NCBI GenBank assembly: GCA_001938485.1
Contig: MQRK01181462.1
Coordinates: 70,362 to 132,397 of the forward strand
Length of the DNA: 62,036 bases
Reading direction: 5' to 3'
From: Girardia tigrina
Lineage: Eukaryota
Position 1 is the stretch's first letter. Each line of letters starts with the position of its first letter. The position numbers and the translations under genes were made by a program. The notes beneath the pieces are model-generated. The model made no database searches and was not told the origin of the DNA. It was given only the letters and a program-made list of their open reading frames with translations. Of the stretch, positions 26,871 through 38,509 are shown in pieces.

Positions 26871-27481
26871 CTGATTATGTTCTTTTTTATTGCTTTTATA
26901 TAAGAAATAAATGATTATGTAATCACTTACGTAAGTCTAATCAAAAACTCTTAACAAATTAGTTGAGAATGCTGTTTGAACATTGATTTTAGGATCACAT
27001 GATCTTATCAACAATGCTTCACATGACACTCTCCCAATAATTTTGAAAATGCTTGCACACAATCTGAAAATCATTTATGCTCATATTACATTTACACGTT
27101 TTTTATGCTCAGCAATATTACTCTTTCCCCCTCTTTGACTGTGTTCTGGGACTCTTGCAGAGATGACGGACAGTCTCTCCGATGTATGTGACAGTGCACC
27201 CATTACATGTGTATTGATAAAGCAATGTCCGAACACAATCCTAAAGGAGTATGTGATTTATTGCAAAAAATATTCTCAACTTTAAATGATTGAGAAATAA
27301 TTTTTGAATTTAAAATATTATTTGTTGATTTCAAGATCGAATTCTTGAGGTGTTTAAAACCCTCGGAGTAAGGTAAGCTTAGAGTATACCCAGGTGTAAA
27401 GCAGTTTTCAATGTTTAAACTATTAATTTGTCATTATTGATTTTTTCTTTTCCAATTATTTTATCTACAGAACATAATCAG

Positions 27482-27522
27482 TGATCTGATGATGACGGTT
27501 AAACCGTCGAAATATATTATCA
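27482..27522 (+). ncRNA. Minimal type I hammerhead ribozyme (inverted Penelope tail)
   Basis: tgat CTGATGA t gacgg-ttaaa-ccgtc GAA atatat t atca. Stem I tgat/atca; predicted cleavage after AUU at 27518. Confidence 0.75.
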
Positions 27523-27846
27523 TGAAATATATTTTCAAATGGCGTTTATTTGTTTATTTTAATTTTTCTCGTGATTTTTTTTAATTTGTCAAAAAATTCA
27601 TAAAATCAATAATAAAAAGTTATATTACATTAATTTTATTTAGAAATTTATGTATAAAAAACTGCGAATAAAAGTATTAGTATGAAAATAATTTAACAAA
27701 AATTGTTTCATAGAAAACTAATACTGTGAAAAAAGTTTCTATGTAAAAAATTTTGACACAAAAAATTTTGATGATAAAATTCGAATGAAATAATAATTGA
27801 ATATCATTACAATTACATTTCTTAAAATATCTACATTTCTTTTTAG

Positions 27847-27922
27847 CTTGAATTCATCGAATTTCTGTTGGTACGTGGAGCTGATATAGATGCGACGACA
27901 CATTCTGGAGAAACTGTTTACG
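27847..27922 (+). CDS. PPP1R16A: PPP1R16A/B-like exon (end of last ankyrin repeat)
   Basis: ttttag| LEFIEFLLVRGADIDATTHSGETVY-g |gtttgt; phase 0/1, continues directly from WGQ. Confidence 0.9.
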
Positions 27923-27974
27923 GTTTGTATAAATTTCAATATATTTAATATTAGGATATCGAAATATATTATAG

Positions 27975-28116
27975 AAGTTTGTGAAGATCCAGAAATCAAT
28001 CGCAAATTACACGAACTAAAACTAGAAATGGCTCGAAAAATTGAGGTGAAAAAGTCTCTCCAAGTCAGACCGTCATTATCTACTATAGGGCGTCGAAGTA
28101 ATTCACATAAAAGAAG
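27975..28116 (+). CDS. PPP1R16A: PPP1R16A/B-like exon (coiled coil)
   Basis: Follows a 52-bp GT-AG intron: (E)VCEDPEINRKLHELKLEM...GRRSNSHKR-ag |gtatat; phase 1/2. Resembles the family motif DVCGDEEVRAKLLELK. Confidence 0.9.
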
Positions 28117-28174
28117 GTATATTTATTCTATAACTTTAGTTTCAATAAAGCCTATTGTCAAAAGCACACCAAAA

Positions 28175-28494
28175 TAAATTTTTACAATAGTCTGGTGACA
28201 CTTTTTGAGTCCAAACAGTTTCCACTGCTTTGATCATGTCCTGCAGGGAATTTGGGTGCATGGCAGCAACCTGTTTCTTCACCTGGGTCCAGGCATTCTC
28301 AATCGGATTGAGATCCGGTGAGTTGCCTGGCCAAGAACCAAGAATTTGGAATCCTGACTGCGCCAACCACTCTCGAACAACTTTGACATTGTGGCAAGGT
28401 GCTCCATCATGCTGAAAGAAGGTCGTTTTGTGTAACTCCATCAGTGTAAAAAGCAGTATAGAAATAAGCGTTCACAAACTTTTGTACCTGACTG
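28175..28494 (-). mobile_element. Tc1-like DD35E (Traveler-like) deleted fragment
   Basis: FQHDGAPCH...WPGNSPDLNPIENAW with 35 residues between D and E; TIR ta-cagtcaggtacaaaagtttgtgaac on the minus strand. Confidence 0.8.
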
Positions 28495-30074
28495 TATATA
28501 TATAAATCAATAAAATATAATGTAAAGAACACAAATTCATTTGATAAAATGTATTTGAATTAAATATTGATTGGGTACAATAACCGATTTGAATTGAAAT
28601 CTTCGCTCTTTTATATTAAGGCAATATTATATATTATTTAATATGCACTGGGGTTACTTGATGCAATTGAAATTGACCTTGCAATTGCACATTCCGGTGA
28701 TGTCATGACATATGAAATCAACGGAATTTGAACTCTAGTGATGTCATGAGATGTGACATCATTGAAGTTCAATATTACCGAATGTTGGGAGGAATGACAT
28801 CACCACATATACGAAGAAAGCTTTATCTCAAAGAGTTGTGTGGTTATGCTAAAAAAATCCTGCATCACACGGTTTAAGAGAATTTCCAAAAAAATTCAAG
28901 ACTTTGGTGTGGTTTGATACACAATGCGACTTGACTTAATGCAAAGTGGTCAAACATTCAGATGCTTAATTTGGATTCTGCTCCAACTGATATCCTCACA
29001 GAATTCATTTTGTCTGTAATTCATTCCTGTACCGTCAGTCCTTTCTGAATTGTAACTTGTGTTGATAAATTGGTAATTTGAATAAATTGTCAACGCCTTA
29101 CATTTAGAGAAGTGTGACTTGAAGTTAGACAAAGTAAGAGTGGTTCTAATCATCAAGAAACTCCGACAAATTTTATAATAGATTTAGTACTACTTTTCTA
29201 ACAGAAAGAATATCTAAGAATTGTGATGGTAGACTAACCATCCTCAGTCTTATAGTTATTATCTTTCTCTGTCAAACTTAAGTTTATTAAGGTTTCTTGA
29301 ACAGTTTCTGATTGAAAATTAATTATTTAATTTAGAAGATACGAGGAAGAATATTGTACTTTTTTCAATTCTATAAGTTTTACAAGGAAGGAAAATTATT
29401 GTAATTAATTACTACATCTAAATCGTAAGATCTACGAGTATCTGGATTTCAAGTTGATTTAGAGATTATCAATCATAGAAATATTGGTTAATCAGTGTTA
29501 AAGGTACAAAAAAACCAAGACAATAACATGAATGATGCAGTTCTAATTAAAGAGACTGAGTATAAGATATTAGTACGAGAAAATAAACATAAATGGATGA
29601 ATGACAGAGTCAAACGAATCTATCGAAAGATTGTTTATCATATACTGAGTTTAATAGTTAATATGATATCCAACTTGAAAAAAAGATATGTTAAATAAAA
29701 CTTAAAAAACGTAATGTAACATTACAGATCTTCATTTTATATCGTAAAAAATATTATAAACGAATATAACCCTCAATGAATCGTTGCTTGATAACGTTTT
29801 TTCAACAGTCCATAGAATAAAACCAGTGCCGATCTTTCATTCCTTTTGCATGATTTTTCGTCTTCTGAATATGGAATTACTATAATTAAAAGTGAAATGA
29901 CAAATATAAATATTATATTTATTCTACACGCGTCGCTAAAGTCCAAGTAACATTTATTTAATTTAATAGTAAAATCTAAGTTTTTCGTTGAACACCAAAA
30001 TGAAATATCTCACACATTATTTATCATTTTAATTCATTAATATAATAATGATATTATAATAATAATATTATACC

Positions 30075-30392
30075 AGTTCTCTCAAGTCTGTTGAGTTGGT
30101 GCATGTTGACCATAAGTTTCTTCAAGAAGCCGAAAACTGTCTGCAGCTTTTTTCTTTTGATTAAAGCAAAACAGTAGTGCTTCCCGCAAATNNNNNNNNN
30201 NNNNNNNNNNNNNNNNNNNNNNNNNNNNNNNNNNNNNNNNNNNNNNNNNNNCATTTAAGGTCAATGACCTACTTAATTTTAATGCCTCGATTTCAGCACT
30301 TTAAAAATCTGTACGTACGACTGTAAAATAATGCTTATTACAAAGGTTACACCATCTCTTAGAAAATCCAAAAAACTAAGTTATACCTAATA
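30075..30392 (-). mobile_element. mariner 5' fragment (Mos1-type HTH) across an N gap
   Basis: LREALLFCFNQKKKAADSFRLLEETYGQHAP; TIR-like tattaggtataacttagtt. Confidence 0.75.
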
Positions 30393-31134
30393 TCATGTCA
30401 TTATATTTTAATATTAAAATTCATTAAAAGTTTTTTTTTTCATTTTTGACAAGGAATAAATAATTAAGTAATTCTGTAACAGGTTCCCGACACTTCAAAA
30501 GAAATTTGGCTCTCTGTTACATATAAAAATATTAACTAATTTGTTAAATGTCAGGCATTTTTTGTCTGAAATATTTTATTATTTTCAACCAATTTTATTT
30601 CAGAAAAATATTTTATTGAAACGATTTATATACGATTTTTGGGACGAAATTTAAAATTTATCATCACGTACGAATAGGCTTTACCATGATAAAAATCAAA
30701 TTGCTGTCATTAAAAGAATTTATATAAGAATTCCTTAATTGATAATTTTTTTAATGAATTATTTAAAATATAAAATTATAAAAATTTTGACATTAAAATT
30801 GCTAAACTTGATTAGGTCTTCTAGTCCCGAGGAAAACACAGTTTCTTCTGGGCATCTGGTTGTAGGCTCCTTACGTCGCACGTGGGTTCAAGTGCATGTT
30901 GTAATTAGTCAATAGTAAAATAATGTCCCTTAAAAGAGAACAATCTCAATTTTGATTGAGTTTGTTGAATTAGTATTGTTTTGTGGCTTGTTTTATGATG
31001 CATGTTACTCAGATAATAATAATATAATCAATTATTAAATGTATTAATTTATTTTGCATGGTAGTTTTACTTAGGTTCATATGTTATATAGTAATTTTCA
31101 TTTATTATGTCAACAAATAACTAATTAAATATGA

Positions 31135-31560
31135 CTTTTTCAAAAACATTTATTATTTTCATTTTTTTATTAAGTATAATAATTTTTAATAAATGAATAA
31201 TATAAAAATAATTTTTAGAAATTAAAATTCAACATTTTTTTATAATTATAATTTGACAAACAGTTGACGTGTTTTTTCTTTCATTAAGAAATAAAATTAG
31301 TTCTAAAAAATCGTAAAATTAAAAACTAAAAAAATAAAAAGAAAATCTTTAACATTTTATTAATTTCTATTTAATCCCAAAAAACTATTAGAATTAACTT
31401 CTGAAAATAGAAATTTATCATTAATTATTTAGATTGTCGGTAATGTTTTAAAAATTTAATTATTTTAATATCTTTTTCTGTTTTAAATGAATTTCTTAAT
31501 AATTTTCTCTTGAAGAAATAGAGGTTTTATGAATATCTTAAAATAGGTTCCTTAAAAAAT
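31135..31560. repeat. AT-rich dispersed repeat (uninterrupted copy)
   Basis: Homologous to 33143-33178 joined to 34771-34990, the copy split by the RLE retrotransposon. Confidence 0.75.
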
Positions 31561-31780
31561 AAATTTTTTTATTAATTCAAACAACATTATGCCTTTTTAA
31601 TAGCAAATATTTTTTTTATCTTCCATTAGTAATTAATTAGAAATAAGACATTAGAATAAATAAAATGCTTTAATATAATAAAATCAGTCATCTTACCCGT
31701 CTAACTACACTTAATGAGGTCGTTGCGATTGCGCCTGATCATATAGTTACACTAAAGATGTTATGACTAAACCTAGGAAG

Positions 31781-32067
31781 GGTTCTAGGTGATTTGACCA
31801 CAGGGGGTTTGACCAAAGGTGGTTAGTCTATAGCGGGTGTTTGACCACAGGAGGTTTGACCATATTTGTTAACAATATATATGTTAAAACAAAGAACTAA
31901 AAATAAGTATCCTATATATAGGATACTTGTTTTTAGTTCTTTGTTTTCACGTATATATTCTTAACACTTATAGTCAAACCCCCTGTGATCAAATCCCCGC
32001 TGTGGACAAACCACCTATGGACAAACCAGCTTTGGACAAACCGCCTGTGGTTAAACCTCCGCGTACC
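31781..32067. mobile_element. Mutator-like foldback MITE
   Basis: The whole element is a near-palindrome centred at about 31917, with ~15-bp sub-repeats (tttgaccacaggggg) and a 9-bp TSD cctaggaag/cctgggaag. Confidence 0.8.
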
Positions 32068-32321
32068 CCTGGGAAGTTATGCATATTACTGAAAAAATGG
32101 ATAACCTCAAACATGGAAAGATGTACCCTATCAGTTCACAAACTCATATAATTAGTTTTGATTTGCCCAATTTAGCATTTGTAGTTTGCGCTTTACGCGT
32201 AAAACCAGTACAAACACTTTGTTTATTCCTTTAGGTTCATGACTGCACCATAAAAAAGTAACTGTATTTGTGAGACAGAAAGTCGCGTAAATTACACACC
32301 AGAATCATTGTTTGAAGATGA

Positions 32322-32729
32322 TCAACATAGTTTTAAATTTACAAGTTCATGAGAAAGCAATCCAATTATCAAAATCTCTTGTATACTTTCTGGTGTTTTA
32401 GCCATCTTAAAATACCTTGAGCATGCTGCTATAAATGTTTCAATATTGTCTTCTTTCCGGTATTTTTCCGGTTGAAGTCTCGCAATCAACTGATCCGAGT
32501 TGCTGGCTATGGTCGCCATATTGGGTTCGTGATTAAAATTCAAAGTCATAATTTGCAAACTTTATTTATTTTAATTAGTAAAAATATTATCTATAAACTT
32601 AAATTTTTTATTTAAAAAATTATTTCATTTTAATTATTCGAACATTATTTTTAATTTATCTAAAATATAAATATGATTTTTAATTTAAAAATATCAATAA
32701 TTTAAAGTTCACCAAAAGCAACCCAAACA
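32322..32729 (-). mobile_element. Gypsy 5' remnant: internally deleted LTR, PBS and gag N-terminus
   Basis: LTR 32519-32729 (tgtttggg...gaacccaata), PBS tggcgacca. Gag MATIAS...LQPEKYRKEDNIETFIAACSRYF is homologous to the start of gag at 22042. Confidence 0.75.
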
Positions 32730-33178
32730 ATTTTTATTTTTTTTAAAAATTTTTAATTTAATTTGTGTTTTAAAAGACATTGTGCTTATTATTATATTTT
32801 TCGGATTTCAGTTTCTACAGAAGTAAATTTGATTTATTAAAACAAAGGAATGAAACGCATTTGTGTAATTAAATTCTCATTATTTAAACAAGTATTGAGC
32901 TCTGCACCTAAATTAAAACAACTGATTTGTGTTTATATAAGGTCTAATTTGCTCATAAGTCTATTTCGTATAAATAGTTATAGATAAGGTTAAAGAGAAG
33001 TATTAATTAAAGCATTGTGTTATTATATACATTATTTACAGAGAGATATTCAAACATTAATTTGAACAATTTTTTTCTGAGTATAATAATATAAAAATTG
33101 ATTTATATTCAAAATGAGGAAAACACAAAATGAACTTGTAAATTTTTCAAAAACATTTATTATTTTCATTTTTTTATT

Positions 33179-34770
33179 TTTTTTGTCTGTGAGCAAAAGT
33201 GCCAGGTTGTTACATGAATTCATTTGCACCATGTTTTGGGCGGAAGCAGTCTTTAACATGTGCCCTGTTTTTCACAGGGGTTCTTTACTCGCGGCCTCCC
33301 CCTGCACCATTTAATTGGGTGATCGTTTCCGCCAAGCCCGACACTTCTACTCACCACCCTATCAACTCATCATCGGAGGATAATTCTTCCTCCCATGATG
33401 GGTTGTTTTCATCCTCAGACGAGTCTCCAACCATTCTCTTATATGGGTAGGAGACTTGTAGTTCGTCGTCAGATGATTTGTCATCCGGACTTGATCTTCT
33501 TCACCCCCTATTGTACTCGAATCCTAAAGGTGTATGACTGATGAGTGCATGTAGGGCGGCTGGATCAAAATCCTCTGTATCCTTAGACTCTGCATGCTCA
33601 TAATCCCTTTCCTCTATCATGAGCATCGATTCCTGATTTTCTTCCATGTCCACTACCACTATTTTTCTTAATCTCTGAGTCCCACTAAGGATAACATCGT
33701 CCCGGTGATACGTCCATTGTGCTGCCGAATATTTAACATTTGATACAGAGCAGCCAATTGTAATTCGTCGTATCACCTTAGTGGGATCTTTAGGGTTCTC
33801 AATATATCGGTGCTTCTTTTCGGAAAAGTTCCTAAAGCACCTACCTGAAGAGTGTGCTCCGACACCGTGGTTTCCGGCATGGCCCGACGGCAAATTTCCA
33901 CCAAGTTCTGGTAATGGTCCAGATTCCTGGTGTTGCTGTTCTCCATGTTCTTTTTCGCACCATATGGGCATTTTACATCAATTATATATAGGGTCTTTGA
34001 TCCTAGCACATAAACTTGCAAGTCTACTCGGTCTTTCGAAGGTGCATATTGACACTCAGTATCTATGTCCACTGTGCAATCAAGATACTGAGTGATTTTC
34101 TCTCCTACACATTTGAGGACCGAGCTGTGCCTATATTTCCAGAAGCCCTCACCAAACCGAAATCCGGTCAATACGTGGGCAAGTGTTTCCTTATCATTGT
34201 GCCACCTACAACAGTGACCCCTGTTCCTTGTACTGCCTGGGCGGTAATTAACAGAAACTGTGTAAGTCATCACCTTTTGGTAGAAATACCACTCACTCTA
34301 ATTCAACCCCCCATAAACAGCGCCGTGGAAGCTAATTATAGAAATCAGACTTCTCGCAAATCGACCGGCACTGCTTAGTTTCATCCATTTGTGTGTCCAG
34401 GATTTCTCTATTCTCTACCAGTCTTCTTAAAATCCTGGACACACTTTCCTTCAGGAGGGACGTGAGCAGTATGTTCTCGTCCGTATCATCTCTTATAGTC
34501 TACGTCTACCCATTCGGAAGTGTCCTTTCCCATAAAATGGATTGGTTGAGATGAAGACATATTCCTTGTTCATTCTGCACCAGATTTACATCAATTTGGT
34601 GCAGTTTCTTAATCTTATGTATGGCGAACTTGATCTTTGCCCACCAATTCTTAATCTTCCCTGAAGTGGTTCCTGTGTTGAACCAGTCCAATGCATCCTC
34701 AATTGACGATAAGTTCCACTTTCGTGGACCTGTTCCACTCTGGAGGGAGAAGACCACTGCGTCCATAGTC
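33179..34770 (-). mobile_element. 5'-truncated non-LTR retrotransposon with restriction-like endonuclease (NeSL/R2/R4-type)
   Basis: Degenerate CCHC knuckle CRWHNDKETLAHVLTG, RH motif, (P/V)DL...IIDVKCPY, LQVGALG; acidic tail, 3' UTR and short poly(A); frameshifted. Confidence 0.85.
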
Positions 34771-35172
34771 ATAGTAATTTTTAATAAATGAATAATTTAA
34801 AAATAATATTTGGAAAATAAAATTCAATATTTTTTATAATTAAGTTATCATTAATTATTTAAATTGTCGATAAACATTTAAAAATTTAATTATTTTAAGA
34901 TACTTTTGTGTTGTAAATGAATTTCTTAATATTTTTCTCTTTAAGGAATGTAAGTTTTATGAATATCTTAAAATAGGTTTCTTAAAAAAATAAAAAAAAC
35001 GTGCGATAATTTTTTTTAGTAAATTAATTTGAGTATTTAAAGAAATTGATATTATTATTATATTTTTCGGATTTTACAGTTTCTACAGGAATAAATTAAA
35101 AGTATTTTTTTTGTAAATGTTGTAAAAATTACAAAACCCTCACTAAATTGATTTTAGAGAGCTTTACATATA

Positions 35173-35312
35173 TCTGTTGTCTTTCTGCATCATTCAGTTC
35201 AATATTTCCCATTCATCCTAGTGACCAGTAAATAATAAAATTTCTTTTCTCTACATTCTTGTCATTAGGATGAAAGGGTAATATTGAACTGAAGTATACA
35301 GAAAGATAACAG
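35173..35312. repeat. ~140-bp hairpin with ~50-bp arms next to a Penelope remnant
   Basis: tctgttgtctttctg...ttcagttcaatatttcccattcatccta pairs with taggatgaaagggtaatattgaactgaa...cagaaagataacaga. Confidence 0.7.
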
Positions 35313-35359
35313 ATTCAGGTCTATATGCAACAATACAGAGCTTTTGTGAGGACACATAC

Positions 35360-35900
35360 AGTGATCGTTTTATAAAGGGGTTAGTTCACAGAGTTTAAAA
35401 TTTGTCTTCCAATTTTAAAATCACAAACTATAGTTTAAAAATACTTAAAGAACGCTTGAGGGACACATTTACATAAATAAACAGATAAATCAAAACACTA
35501 GGGTTACATTAAACAAATTATGTACACAAATATGAGTTACAAAATGACTAAATTAAGAAAACATTGAAGATCACAAAGAAATAATCAAAATACCATATTC
35601 TTAAGGATTTAAACCATTTAAGACGAGTATGTGCAATAATATAGGTATTGTCAAAGTGGTTTCAAAGACATCCAAAGTTGCACTCAAGTAAATATAAAAC
35701 GATGTGTGGATTGCAAGCTAATCTGGTTTATCAATGTAATTGTCACTGCTTTAAAAATTCGTACATTTGAGAGATAAATCGTCATCTAAAAACACGGATT
35801 AGTGAGCATTTAGAATCAAGTCAATCAAGTAAGCTTCTTGATTATTGGTTTCACTGTGCAATAGAATCTATTTTATTTGCTCATGGCAGAAAAAAATTTC
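35360..35900 (+). mobile_element. Penelope-like element remnant (RT thumb and GIY-YIG)
   Basis: FIKGLVHRV*NLSSNF and LQANLVYQCNCHCFKNSYI*EINRHLKTRISEHL. Confidence 0.75.
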
Positions 35901-37019
35901 AAAACATGTTCAATAACCAATTTCTTAAGAAAAGTAAATTAATATAAGCATTTAAAAACACTAAAAATTATAAAACTTTCAAGTATTTATTGTTTGTGCC
36001 CATAAATGTATGAAAATAATACTGGAGATATCTTACCTTAATAACTAATCGGGGAATTAAATATATCATCCTTTTGACGCAATTTATCATATTCATGACA
36101 ATTTTATTTGATAATTTTTTTAATTCAAAAGAACCCACAAGTAACGATAGAACTTATGTATGACCGATAATTTTATATTTTTACTTAACTATTTTTTACC
36201 AAAATATATTTTATAATTTACCCTCCCATCAAAATATTTTCAAAACATATGTTGGATAGAATTGTTGTGAGGGGTGAGTACATAAGCTTGAGATTCATTT
36301 TGAATAACTTAGGATTGGAAGTAAAAGGGTCGCCAAATTACAACCTTGAACATAGTTACGAAATAAACTCATCAATTGTAATTCGAGATTAGGATTAAGA
36401 CGACTTATAGATCTCAGTTCAGATTACAATCTGCCACGTACCACTAGTTATCCATAAATGTATTTATTAAACGTTTTCAATATCTCATGTGAATATAAAA
36501 TCAATTCAAAATATCGTCCATGCAATAAATGTTCGAGAAAAAAATACAAATAAATTTAGACAATATCCATTTGTTATTGAGATATTCAATTTATCATTTA
36601 ATCTTTAACTCTTTGACTATCGATCTATTTTTTACTCATATTAAATAAAAACATGAAAAATAATGTAAAACTAACTAATAATAAGTACTGACAAGTTCTC
36701 AGTTAGTTTGTGTAGATGGTGCGCAAGAGTACATCAACTATATACAACTGGGAGGCAAAAAACCGATTTCGTATACTAATTTATCTCTGAAATTTTTTGA
36801 AATCGCTTGGGACGTATTGCCCCAATGGTATTCAAAGGGTTAAGTACCGCGAAAAACGTTTTTTTACAAATGTGAAATTACAGAAAAAAATACCGGATTC
36901 TGATTACTGTTAAATAATTAATAATATTTCAATTAAGAAATTAAAAATAATTTAGAGAAAACTTTTATAAATTTCTTTTCTAATAAAATTAAATTCATTA
37001 AAAATTATGATGTTATTAT

Positions 37020-37260
37020 ATTTATAAAAATTTCTAAAGTTGTTGCAGTTTTGCTGTTTCCCTTTTTGAACATTTACTAAGAGAATGTGATATCTGATCA
37101 ATAATGACTCGCAAATTTGCCCTTGATAATGCGGATCGCAATTCCATATCAGGACTGGGAATTTATCCTTAAGTTCAGTCACTGTATACTCTAACACCAA
37201 AATATACTCACGCAACTAAGAGAGAAGAAGTGAAATCTGTGTTATACTTATAGTTTTCCT
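37020..37260 (-). mobile_element. Penelope-like GIY-YIG C-terminal remnant
   Basis: QICESLLIRYHILLVNVQ resembles CEALLIRSCDPKINVQ of the 26.8-kb copy. Confidence 0.5.
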
Positions 37261-37620
37261 AATAACAAAATGAGATATAAAAAATGTTATCTTTTCTAGC
37301 ACTATCTGACTTTATCATGTTTTAAATTCGAAACAAATTAATTCCATGTGATAATTACAAATTTACATTTACTGGTTTTTAAATCTAAATTTCATTCTTG
37401 AAAAAAGATATTAACTTGTGTCAGTTACTTTTGTGCTTCCTTCTTTAACAAAATCAAGGTTAATTATCAGCAAATTTATTTTAAAATTGACTAAATTCAA
37501 TAATCAAATAATGACACGAACTCTTGTTTTGTTATTCGATAAAACAAACAGCCAATCAGGTTTATGAAATGATATAAAATAACAAAATAATTGAAATAAA
37601 AGAAAAGAAGTAATGAACTG

Positions 37621-38499
37621 TGGTGGGGTTCCTTTTGGTGAACTTTAAATTTTTGATATTTTTAAAAATCATATTTATATTTCGATTAATTAAAATGAAA
37701 TAATTCTTTAAAATAAAAACCTTTTAAATTTTTTAAAAAAAGAACTGGCTCATTCTTTAAATTTCTGTTAATTAATTCTTATAAATAATCTCTAAAATAA
37801 AAAAAATATTTAAAATCAAAAGTTTTAAAAATTAGTAAAAAATATCTTAATTAATTTTAAAAAGTTAATTTCATAAATAATTGAATTTTAATTGTTTTGT
37901 ATTTATTTTAAGAGTTATTCGGAAGATTTTTTTGTTAAAATTTTTGTTGTCAGAGATGTAATAAAAAAGATAATTTAAAGTCAAAAGGTAGTTGGAAATT
38001 CTGCACATTAAAATCCGATAAATAATAGATAAAATATAGATATATATATATATTAAAAATTTTATAATTAACGAATCTCTATTAAATAATAATAAATTTA
38101 AATATTGCTAAATATTTTTGTATTTTAAATTTGTAAATTATTTTTGCAATTTTTATTANNNNNNNNNNNNNNNNNNNNNNNNNNNNNNNNNNNNNNNNNN
38201 NNNNNNNNTTATTAAAAAGAAATAATTTATAATCGAATGATTTAAAATCAAAGAAAGATATTTAGGACTTGAATTTTTAAAATATTTTTAAAGATCTAAA
38301 TTTATGCAAAATTGAATAAAATAACATTTATAAAATAATATTTATATATTTATCGATATTATTATTTATATTTAGAATTTTGAGATCTGGATTATGTAAT
38401 TAAAATATTGTCCATCATAAATTTGTTTCAATAATGAAAATTGCAGTAGAAATAAAGTTTACAAAATTGTGACTTCGAATTGTAATCACGAACCTAATA
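37621..38499 (+). mobile_element. Gypsy solo LTR with 5-bp TSD
   Basis: TSD aactg at 37616-37620 and 38500-38504. Both ends are homologous to the LTR at 32519-32729, and the 5' part to 61250-61881; terminus ...gaacctaata. Confidence 0.8.
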
Positions 38500-38509
38500 A
38501 ACTGTAAAT

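Larger units (their letters stand above)
26795..27557 (-). mobile_element. 5'-truncated Penelope-like element with inverted terminal tails
   Basis: 89-bp inverted arms 26795-26883 and 27469-27557. The internal minus strand encodes a frameshifted GIY-YIG C-terminus (...EHSQRG...NIAEHKKTC...CEALLIRSCDPKINVQ). Confidence 0.85.

Noticed and set aside
27890-28177. 95-aa ORF as a stand-alone gene
   Set aside because: It is the third reconstructed exon read through flanking intron sequence.
28620-29300. Possible decayed retroelement (also 25990-26330 and 54420-54760)
   Set aside because: The motifs are too degraded to assign without a profile search.
36690-36843. piggyBac-like end (aaaggg-ttaa); a similar one lies at about 15580
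   Set aside because: No matching partner TIR or transposase was found, so it is not reported as a feature.
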